64,000 nucleotides of DNA, taken from the NCBI GenBank assembly GCA_041695045.1, contig JBGFRR010000128.1:16004-80003 (forward strand), given 5' to 3'. The notes under the pieces were generated by a model. It made no database searches. It saw only the letters and a program-made list of their open reading frames with translations, and had not been told where the DNA came from. The position numbers were made by a program, and so were the translations under genes. Positions 48,637-56,394 of the stretch are shown here, piece after piece; the first letter of the stretch is position 1, and each line of letters opens with the position of its first letter. This DNA is from Bacteroidota bacterium (GTDB lineage: Bacteria > Bacteroidota > Ignavibacteria > UBA10030).

Positions 48637-50253
48637 ATGGCTCACTACGCACTCGACGGTAACTCCCTTACTCTCGAATTGCTTCAGCATGTTGTCTATC
48701 ATGGCACGCCGATTGCACTTTCTCCGCAGGCACAGCGTCGGCTGCGCGCTTCGCGTCGGCTTGTGGAGCGTTGGGTTCACACCGGCGAGACGGTCTACGG
48801 TGTGACCACAGGATTTGGAGAATTCAGTAACGTTCGCATCAGCACACGCGATAATGAAAAACTTCAGGAAAACCTGATCCGAAGCCATGCGGCAGGCGCA
48901 GGCGAGCCGCTGCCTCCGGAGGTTGTCCGTGCAATGATGGTGCTGCGTGTGAACGCCCTTGCGAAGGGCTATTCCGGCGTACGAACGGAAACGGTTCAAC
49001 AACTGGTGAAGATGGTGAATGCCGGTGTCGTTCCCGTGATTCCGTCGCAGGGTTCTGTGGGAGCCAGTGGCGACCTTGTGCAGCTCGCGCATCTCGTGCT
49101 GTCGATGATGGGGAAGGGAAGAGTGTGGGAGTGGGATGGTAGCAGAGGGGCGAGGGAGCAAAGGGGGTGGGGAGATGGGGAGGTGGGAAGCATGAAAACA
49201 GTGAGTGCGTCGGCGGCATTGAAGAAGCATCGGTTGAAGTCGGTACGGCTAACGGCGAAGGAAGGCATCGCGTTAATCAACGGCACGCAGATGATGACGG
49301 CGTACGTTGCTCTCACCGTCTGGCATGCAAAACGGCTCCTGCGTCTTGCCGACATCGCCGCCGGGCTGAGTGTGGAGGCCTTGCGTGGAAGCGACACGCC
49401 GTTCGACGAGCGCATCCACAACCTTCGCCCGTATGCAGGACAGAAAGCCGTGGCAAAGAACCTGCGCCGGCTGATGGAGGGAAGCGAGATTCGAGAATCC
49501 CACCGCTACAATGACCCGCGTGTGCAGGATGCGTACTCGCTGCGATGCGTTCCACAGGTGCACGGTGCTTCGAGAGACGTCGTTGCCTACGTGGAGCATC
49601 TCCTCGCCATCGAGATGAACGCGGCGACCGACAACCCGCTCATCATCCCTGCCCTGACAGGTCGGGGCGTTCATCTTGAGGGGGGCAACTTCCACGGCCA
49701 GCCGATGGCGTTCGCGGCAGACTTTCTTGCCATCGCACTTTCTGAGGTGGCGAACATCTCCGAACGTCGCATCGAACGTCTCGTGAATGGATCCCTGAGC
49801 GGCTTGCCGCGGTTCCTGACGGCAAACGGTGGGTTGAATTCCGGGCTGATGATTGCCCAATACACTGCTGCCTCGATTGTATCGGAAAACAAAGTCCTGT
49901 CGCATCCTGCGAGTGTGGATTCGATTCCCACGTCCGCCAATCAGGAGGATCACAACAGCATGGGCTCGATTGGCGCGCAGAAGGCCTGGCGCGTGCTGCA
50001 GAACGTGCAGCGGGTGATTGCCATTGAACTGCTCTGTGCCGCGCAGGCGTTGGATTTTACCCGCACGATGAACAGCAAGCAACCGATGAAAGCGGGCCGC
50101 GGAACGGAAATCGCCTATCACTTTCTTCGAAAGTACATCAAGCACCTGAATGAGGACCGTGTCCTCCATCCCGATATCCAGACCGCGCTGCGGCTCGTGT
50201 TGGACAACAGCCTTCTACAGGCTGTCGAGCGCGCGATCGACAAGCTTGAGTAG
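48637..50253 (+). CDS. hutH: histidine ammonia-lyase
   Basis: MAHYALDGNSLTLELL... and GSVGASGDLVQLAH (Ala-Ser-Gly MIO-forming triad). About 538 aa. Contains an in-frame G-rich insertion (see findings). Confidence 0.85.
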   Translation: MAHYALDGNSLTLELLQHVVYHGTPIALSPQAQRRLRASRRLVERWVHTGETVYGVTTGFGEFSNVRISTRDNEKLQENLIRSHAAGAGEPLPPEVVRAMMVLRVNALAKGYSGVRTETVQQLVKMVNAGVVPVIPSQGSVGASGDLVQLAHLVLSMMGKGRVWEWDGSRGAREQRGWGDGEVGSMKTVSASAALKKHRLKSVRLTAKEGIALINGTQMMTAYVALTVWHAKRLLRLADIAAGLSVEALRGSDTPFDERIHNLRPYAGQKAVAKNLRRLMEGSEIRESHRYNDPRVQDAYSLRCVPQVHGASRDVVAYVEHLLAIEMNAATDNPLIIPALTGRGVHLEGGNFHGQPMAFAADFLAIALSEVANISERRIERLVNGSLSGLPRFLTANGGLNSGLMIAQYTAASIVSENKVLSHPASVDSIPTSANQEDHNSMGSIGAQKAWRVLQNVQRVIAIELLCAAQALDFTRTMNSKQPMKAGRGTEIAYHFLRKYIKHLNEDRVLHPDIQTALRLVLDNSLLQAVERAIDKLE

Positions 50254-50328
50254 CGCCGACGAAGTTTACTCGTTGCTCTCTGACATCTTCCATGTGCTAT
50301 TCCTCGAATTGATTCCAGAAAGGATTCT

Positions 50329-51441
50329 ATGAAGTTCAAAAAAGAATTCCTCCGGTCTCTTCCGAAAGTTCTCTTGCATGATCATCTGGACGGCGGCGTT
50401 CGTCCGGCAACGGTGGTCGAGTTAGCGAAGGAACATCGCTACACCAAACTCCCCACCACCGACCACGGCAAGCTGGCGGAGTGGTTTCACCGCGGCGCAA
50501 CGCGGGGAAGCTTACCGCTGTTTCTTGAGGGGTTCGAGCACACCTGCGGCGTCATGCAAACCGAGGATGCCCTCGAACGCGTCGCTTACGAGATGATGGA
50601 AGACATGAACAACGATGGTGTCGTCTATGTGGAGACGCGCTTTGCGCCGGTGTTTCATACGTCGAAGGGACTGCATCTCGAGACGGTCATCAAGTCGGTG
50701 TTGAAAGGGCTTGAACGTGGCCGGAACGACTTCGGCGTTGAATACGGGCTGATCCTGTGTGCGATGCGACATATGAAGCCTGCCGTTTCACAGGAGATTG
50801 CCGAACTGGCGGTCGATTTTCGAGACCATGGCGTCGTCGGCTTCGACCTTGCCGGTGAGGAGGGAGGCTATCCGCCGAAGAAGCATGTGGATGCCTTTCA
50901 TTACATCCAGCGGGAGAACTTCAACATCACCATTCACGCGGGCGAGGCGTTCGGAAAGGAATCGATCTGGCAGGCCATCCAGTGGTGCGGCGCGCATCGC
51001 ATCGGCCATGCAACGCGACTCGTTGAGGACATGAAAATCAAGAATGGGGAAGTGCTCAACATGGGCTTGCTTGCCCAGTACGTGTTAGATAAGCGCATCC
51101 CGCTCGAGGTGTGCATCACGAGCAACGTTCATACAGGAGCGGTGAAGAGTGTTGAGGAGCATCCGTTTGAAATTTTCCACCGCTACAAGTTTCGCGTTAC
51201 CCTCAACACGGACGACCGGCTCATGAGCAAGATCACGCTCACCGATGAGTATGCGACCGCGGCGGAGGTGTTCAAGCTCTCGCTCAACGACCTTGAGAAA
51301 CTCACCATCAACGCCATGAAGAGTGCGTTTATCCCCTATAAAAAACGAATCAGAATCATTTACGATGTGCTGAAGCCCGGGTTTGCCAAAGCCCGGGAAC
51401 AACTCGAACACAGGCGCGGAGAACATCGCGTCAGGAGGTAA
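50329..51441 (+). CDS. add: adenosine deaminase
   Basis: LPKVLLHDHLDGGVRPATVVELA and ...ITIHAGEAFG...HRIGHATRL metal-site motifs of the ADA family. Confidence 0.8.
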   Translation: MKFKKEFLRSLPKVLLHDHLDGGVRPATVVELAKEHRYTKLPTTDHGKLAEWFHRGATRGSLPLFLEGFEHTCGVMQTEDALERVAYEMMEDMNNDGVVYVETRFAPVFHTSKGLHLETVIKSVLKGLERGRNDFGVEYGLILCAMRHMKPAVSQEIAELAVDFRDHGVVGFDLAGEEGGYPPKKHVDAFHYIQRENFNITIHAGEAFGKESIWQAIQWCGAHRIGHATRLVEDMKIKNGEVLNMGLLAQYVLDKRIPLEVCITSNVHTGAVKSVEEHPFEIFHRYKFRVTLNTDDRLMSKITLTDEYATAAEVFKLSLNDLEKLTINAMKSAFIPYKKRIRIIYDVLKPGFAKAREQLEHRRGEHRVRR

Positions 51442-51444
51442 ACC

Positions 51445-52071
51445 ATGCATCATCAACACATTCATTGGTTAGGGCATGCAACGTTCCGGATTGAGGACGG
51501 CGCCAAGCAGATCTATATCGACCCATGGAAGCTCCCACCCGATTCCCCCAAAGCGGACGTCATCCTCATCACCCATGCGCATTACGATCATTTCTCGCAG
51601 GAAGACATCGCCAAAGTTCGCAAGGAGAGCACGGTGTTTTTCGCCCCGAAGGACGTCGCGTATCAAATCGATGCAAACGTCATCGTCACCTCGCCAAACC
51701 AGATCTATACGGTCGGTGAGTTGAAGGTAAAAACCATCCATGCCTACAACATCGGCAAGCAATATCATCCGAAGCAGAACAACTGGGTCGGTTACGTGCT
51801 GACGCTCTCGACCGAACAAAAAATTTACCACGCCGGCGATACCGACTTCACGTCGGAGATGCGAACGGTGGTAACGGATTTTGCGCTCCTGCCGTGCGGC
51901 GGAACCTACACGATGACGGCGAAGGAAGCGGCGGAAGCAGCGAACGTCTTCAAGCCGCGGGTAGTGATTCCGATGCACTGGGGTGACATCGTCGGTACGC
52001 AAGCGGATGCTGAAGAAGTGAAAAAGCTTTTCAAAGGAGAGACCCTCATCAAACAGCCTGAGCGGTCGTGA
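51445..52071 (+). CDS. MBL-fold metallo-hydrolase
   Basis: ILITHAHYDHF (HxHxDH), then H and D ligands. 208 aa. Confidence 0.7.
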   Translation: MHHQHIHWLGHATFRIEDGAKQIYIDPWKLPPDSPKADVILITHAHYDHFSQEDIAKVRKESTVFFAPKDVAYQIDANVIVTSPNQIYTVGELKVKTIHAYNIGKQYHPKQNNWVGYVLTLSTEQKIYHAGDTDFTSEMRTVVTDFALLPCGGTYTMTAKEAAEAANVFKPRVVIPMHWGDIVGTQADAEEVKKLFKGETLIKQPERS

Positions 52072-52592
52072 CAGTGGTGATGACACGGAGCATCTCGTTG
52101 CGTGTGGTTGTCGGCGGGATGTTCATAGCATTCGGCATAACGGGATGCGCACAGACGTATCCGTATCTGATCGTCACTGATGACTGCAACTGCACACACT
52201 ATCGGTATCTCGACCGAAGCTCGAAGGTCGAGTATGTCCTCTCAGGCGACTACGCCGTCAATGCACGCGTTGTATCTACCATTCGCATTACGCTCCGCAA
52301 TCTGAGCAAGGACACGCTGAGCCTCAAACAAGGCCACATCCGAGGTTCCTCGCGCAACGTCCGTTATGAGAACAACGGCCGCTACGTGCTGCTTCCGTTT
52401 GTTGATATTCTGCCGGGTGAAGAGTTTCAGATCACCCTTGCCGGTACGGACACGGAAACCGTCGCGGAACCGTGGTTCAAGATCGCCGGCGAGAGAGTTC
52501 GTGTGGAGATGAAGGGTCTTCTGCTGAAGGGGAAGATTCTGAATCCGATGGTCGTGGAGTTCATTCCAGTCAATCCGAAACTTTCGTCGTAG
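52068..52592 (+). CDS. hypothetical lipoprotein
   Basis: ...VVGGMFIAFGITGCAQTYPY lipobox-like signal. No recognisable domain. Confidence 0.35.
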   Translation: MTVVMTRSISLRVVVGGMFIAFGITGCAQTYPYLIVTDDCNCTHYRYLDRSSKVEYVLSGDYAVNARVVSTIRITLRNLSKDTLSLKQGHIRGSSRNVRYENNGRYVLLPFVDILPGEEFQITLAGTDTETVAEPWFKIAGERVRVEMKGLLLKGKILNPMVVEFIPVNPKLSS

Positions 52593-52598
52593 CAAGCA

Positions 52599-52742
52599 AT
52601 GGCAACGATCACGATCTACCAGAAGCCGACGTGCACAACGTGCCGCTCCGTCTCTCGCATGTTGACGGAGGCGGGAGTCGATGTTGAAACGGTGAATTAT
52701 TACATCGCGCGGCCGGCCGAACGCATCAAGGATTTTCTGTAG
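52599..52742 (+). pseudogene. ArsC/Spx-family (thioredoxin-fold, arsenate-reductase-like) N-terminal fragment, 47 codons
   Basis: MATITIYQKPTCTTCRSVSRMLTEAGVDVETVNYYIARPAERIKDFL* has the family's start (IYxxPxCxxCR...L...G...E...Y) but stops after about 40% of normal length, overlapping the convergent hflX 3' end. Not in the ORF track. Confidence 0.3.
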
Positions 52743-54078
52743 CCGCCTCCTCGTGGTGGACGAGGTTGACCACGCGGGCACGGTCGCGCTTCGGCAGCCG
52801 GAGCCTCAAGAGCACGGCGTTGTCATCATAGCTCTTGTCCAACACTTCCCCCACCGTGTGCAGATGCGCGATGAGCCGCTGACGGTGTTGCGACACACGG
52901 AATTGTTCCTCCACGAACTCCTCTTCCAGTAATGCCACGACGTGCTCTTTCAAACCGGAGAGGTTGATTCCTCTCGATGCACTGATGAAGACCGACCGCG
53001 GATGCTGCACCGCAAGCGCCGCGAGGATGCTGCGGTCTGCTAATCGGTCGATCTTGTTGAAGACCATCAGCGTGGGCTTCTCGTAAGCCCCCAACTCTTC
53101 GAGTGTCGCTTTCACGATGTTGACCTGTTCCTCGAAATGCGGAGCGGAGACATCAACAACGTGCAGCAGCAGGTCGGCTTCGGTTGTTTCCTCTAACGTG
53201 CTCTTGAACGACGCCACGAGGTGGGGCGGGAGTTTTCGGATGAACCCGACGGTGTCAGTCATCAAAATGTGCAGGCCGGAACCCAGGTGAACGAGCCGCG
53301 TGGTCGGATCGAGTGTTGCAAAGAGCCGGTTTTCGACGAACACGTCGGAGCCCGAAAGCACGTTGAGCAGTGTGGACTTGCCGACGTTCGTGTAGCCGAC
53401 GAGCGCCGCGCGGGTGTGCTTACTCCGCCCCTTGCGCTGCGTAACGCGTTGGCGTGCGATACGCTCGAGCTTCTCTTTCAGATGGCTGATGCGTGTCTTG
53501 ATCAAGCGGCGGTCGGTTTCGATCTGCGTTTCGCCCGGCCCCTTTGTGCCGATGCCGCCGTATTGCTTCGAGAGGTGCGTCCACTGGCGTGTTAAGCGCG
53601 GGAGCAAGTACTGAAGCTGTGCCAGCTCGACCTGCGTCTTGGCTTCATTGGTTTTTGCGCGGTTCGCAAAGATGGCGAGGATGAGCGCGCTGCGGTCGAG
53701 CACTTTACATTGTACCTCGCGCTCGATGTTGCGAACCTGCACGGCGCTCAGGTCGTCGTCGAAGATGACCAGCGGAATCTCCTGCTCGGCAACGAGCGTC
53801 TTCAGCTCTTCCACTTTCCCTTTGCCGATGAACGTGGACGGTTCGATCCGGTCCCGGTCTTGCGTTATCCGTGCAACGACCTCGGCTCCTGCGGTGTCGG
53901 CAAGGAGCGCGAGTTCGTCCAGGTATTCAACCGTCTGCCGACGACTGCTCAGCCGTGCCTGTACGCCTGCCTGGCTGGCAGGCAGGCCGGAGGGCCCCGA
54001 CTTGTCGGGGGCACGCAGGCGTGTCGAGACCCCGATGATAACGCAGCGTTCTTTTTTCGATTGGCTCAGTTCAATCAT
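52726..54078 (-). CDS. hflX: GTPase HflX
   Basis: N-terminal HflX domain. G-domain GYTNVGKSTLLNVLSG (G1), DTVGF (G3), NKID (G4). Confidence 0.85.
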   Translation of the reverse strand: MIELSQSKKERCVIIGVSTRLRAPDKSGPSGLPASQAGVQARLSSRRQTVEYLDELALLADTAGAEVVARITQDRDRIEPSTFIGKGKVEELKTLVAEQEIPLVIFDDDLSAVQVRNIEREVQCKVLDRSALILAIFANRAKTNEAKTQVELAQLQYLLPRLTRQWTHLSKQYGGIGTKGPGETQIETDRRLIKTRISHLKEKLERIARQRVTQRKGRSKHTRAALVGYTNVGKSTLLNVLSGSDVFVENRLFATLDPTTRLVHLGSGLHILMTDTVGFIRKLPPHLVASFKSTLEETTEADLLLHVVDVSAPHFEEQVNIVKATLEELGAYEKPTLMVFNKIDRLADRSILAALAVQHPRSVFISASRGINLSGLKEHVVALLEEEFVEEQFRVSQHRQRLIAHLHTVGEVLDKSYDDNAVLLRLRLPKRDRARVVNLVHHEEAATENP

Positions 54079-54081
54079 GAT

Positions 54082-56274
54082 TCACGTTCCAGTTTGCGGA
54101 AGGGTCGCAAGTTCCTTCTTACTGTTGCGCGCAATCAGCATTTCCGCAATAGCAAGGAACAACGCGGCAAGGAGAAAATGTTTCCACAGTTCCGTCCCGA
54201 AGCGCGCCTGCACCACGCGCTCCCGCAGTGCCGCCGCTGACGCCGGATGAAGCTGCGACGCTTCGATGCCGAGTCGATCAAACAGCCTGTTGACGTCCTC
54301 TTCACGTGCCGGGATGGTCCTGGACTCTGCCGGATGTATGTTGACCGGCGCAATGTGCACGGTGTCCATTCCCTGCTTGAAGACGTAGAAGCCCGGGCTC
54401 TCCGTTCCCAGTAACCGCACTCGTCGTTCCGAGCCGGTCAATGTCGGCTGCAGCATCGTCTCGATTGCCTCAGGCGATCGAACGATCCATCCGCCGCTTC
54501 CGCTTCGACTGCGGACGACCACTTCATCCCCAATCCGATGTTCCTGGAGTTGTGTCCCCTGCTGGCCAGCGTAGGAGACGGATCGATGCACGAGGGGCAC
54601 AAACAATCCCTTGAGTGGAAAGTTCGACCAATCTGTTGTGGCCGAGATTGCATATAACAACACGCGGCCGCTCTCGACGGGTTGGTCAAGCAAGAATGGC
54701 GCGCCGTTCGAGAGTCTCATCACTGGGACTCCGCCGGGGGGGGCGGCATACCGACCTGCTGCGGTGATAACCGGTGATTCAAGCATCCGCTGTGTTGACG
54801 TACGACCGCGAGGAGGCTGTGCGGGTTCCTCAAACATCCCGTGAAACAGGGGATGGCGCAAATCGACCTTATCGATCTCGAAGTGGGCGACAACATCTTC
54901 AGGCGGAACAGGTTGCCCTGTGCGTTCGATGGCTGTGAGCGAGGCAAGGTTCAGCGGGGCGGAGAAAGAATTCCGGAATGACTCCGGCTGTGTGCGGGAG
55001 CCGGGAAAGACGATCAGCCCGCCACCGTTACGGACAAACGCGTTGAGGCGGTCCGACTGTGTCGTGGTCAGTGAACCGGGGTTTGAGAAGAGGATGACGT
55101 CGGCGTCAGCCATGTCGTTCGCCGAAAGCCGTTCGGGAAGAACCTCACGCACCTGCAATGCCGTCTGGTTGTTGGCCGAGCGCGTTTCGAGCGCGAGTCG
55201 GAGATATCGAAGGTCGGACGGCGTGCCGACGAGAAGCACGCGGATGCGTTCGGGAATGCGCAGCGTAACGTACCGGCGGTTGTCGAATTCGAGGTCATCC
55301 GGCTCAAGTTCGACGATGCCCGTCAGCCAGCCCGGTGAGCGTGGGAGGACGGTGAACTCGACCTCGGCTGTGGAGCCTGCCTGGATATCGACGGTCCGCT
55401 GTGCTGTGCGCGCACCGTTGATGAAAAGTCCGACAACGTGGTTGCGAACCGCCTCGCCGCTTTCATTGCGAATCGTTGCCTGCACAATCACCTGTTTGCC
55501 GACCTCTAGAATCGTGTTGGGAATTCTGACCGTATCGATTCCAAGATTATGGAGCCGCCGAGCTCCAAGCCGAACCGGAAAGATGCGAACGGTCTCATGG
55601 AAAAGCTGTTCCTGAGCGGCGGAGGATGGTTCAATGATTCCGCGCTGAAAATCGGATATGAGATAGACCTCCTTGTTGAGGTGCGTTGAAGCTCCGAGAA
55701 GGTTCGCCGTAGCACGAAGGGCATCTTCGAGCGGAACGGTTCGGTACGATGGTTTGATCTCGTTGATCGCTGAGCGAAGCTGAAGGATGCTGCGAAACGG
55801 GCGCGGCGGTTCCTCCATTCCGTACGACGCAGCGTTCGAGAGGCGAAGGAGATATGCTTCGTCGCCGTCGTTGAGGACATCGCTCATGTCGAGTGCGGCT
55901 TGCTTTGCCTGTTGGAGGAGCTCGCCGTGCGAGTCGAGCGCCGTCATGCTGTAGGAATCATCGATAATAATGACGGCAGTTGTGCGGGCGCGCTCACCGA
56001 CGGCACCTGCCAGCGGCCCTTCGAGCGTTGGTCGCGCAAACGCCATGACAAGCGCGACGACGAGAAGCGTTCGCAAAAGCAAGAGCAGCCATTGCCGGAT
56101 TTTAATCCGGCGGATGCGCGTTTTCTGCAGTTCCTTCAAGAACGTCAGCGTGCTGAACTCGACCGTGCGCAGCTTGCGAAGGTTGAGAAGATGCAGGACG
56201 ATGGGAATTGCGGCGGCGAGAAGACCGATAAGAACTGCAGGGTTTAAGAACGTCATACCGGGAAGCCCGATCAC
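54082..56274 (-). CDS. BatA-N (aerotolerance-regulator N-terminal double-TM) plus von Willebrand factor A domain protein
   Basis: MIGLPGMTFLNPAVLIGLLAAAIPIVLHLLNLRKLRTVEFSTLTFLKELQ...IRQWLLLLLRTLLVVALVMAFARP is the BatA_N signature. TTAVIIIDDSYSM MIDAS-like vWA start. Confidence 0.65.
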   Translation of the reverse strand: MIGLPGMTFLNPAVLIGLLAAAIPIVLHLLNLRKLRTVEFSTLTFLKELQKTRIRRIKIRQWLLLLLRTLLVVALVMAFARPTLEGPLAGAVGERARTTAVIIIDDSYSMTALDSHGELLQQAKQAALDMSDVLNDGDEAYLLRLSNAASYGMEEPPRPFRSILQLRSAINEIKPSYRTVPLEDALRATANLLGASTHLNKEVYLISDFQRGIIEPSSAAQEQLFHETVRIFPVRLGARRLHNLGIDTVRIPNTILEVGKQVIVQATIRNESGEAVRNHVVGLFINGARTAQRTVDIQAGSTAEVEFTVLPRSPGWLTGIVELEPDDLEFDNRRYVTLRIPERIRVLLVGTPSDLRYLRLALETRSANNQTALQVREVLPERLSANDMADADVILFSNPGSLTTTQSDRLNAFVRNGGGLIVFPGSRTQPESFRNSFSAPLNLASLTAIERTGQPVPPEDVVAHFEIDKVDLRHPLFHGMFEEPAQPPRGRTSTQRMLESPVITAAGRYAAPPGGVPVMRLSNGAPFLLDQPVESGRVLLYAISATTDWSNFPLKGLFVPLVHRSVSYAGQQGTQLQEHRIGDEVVVRSRSGSGGWIVRSPEAIETMLQPTLTGSERRVRLLGTESPGFYVFKQGMDTVHIAPVNIHPAESRTIPAREEDVNRLFDRLGIEASQLHPASAAALRERVVQARFGTELWKHFLLAALFLAIAEMLIARNSKKELATLPQTGT

Positions 56275-56394
56275 ACCTCGTTGTTGTGAACAACATAAGC
56301 CGAAGATGCGGGAAATGCAAGCAAAGCTGATTCAGCGGAGACGATGGTCGGCAGATTGCAATTCCATTCATTATTCGGTACTTTTTCGGCCGAG

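Noticed and set aside
49105-49195. Repeat-rich G tract considered as a CRISPR array or tandem-repeat array
   Set aside because: It has no regular unit/spacer periodicity. It is a polypurine low-complexity tract inside a coding frame. No CRISPR-like repeat-spacer structure exists anywhere in the window.
48430-49230. N-terminal 267-codon extension of the hybrid kinase ORF
   Set aside because: It overlaps hutH on the opposite strand for about 600 nt and has a Pro/His/Arg-rich nonsense-like translation. A clean REC domain starts at the internal Met (MDQEPINVLIADDEE).
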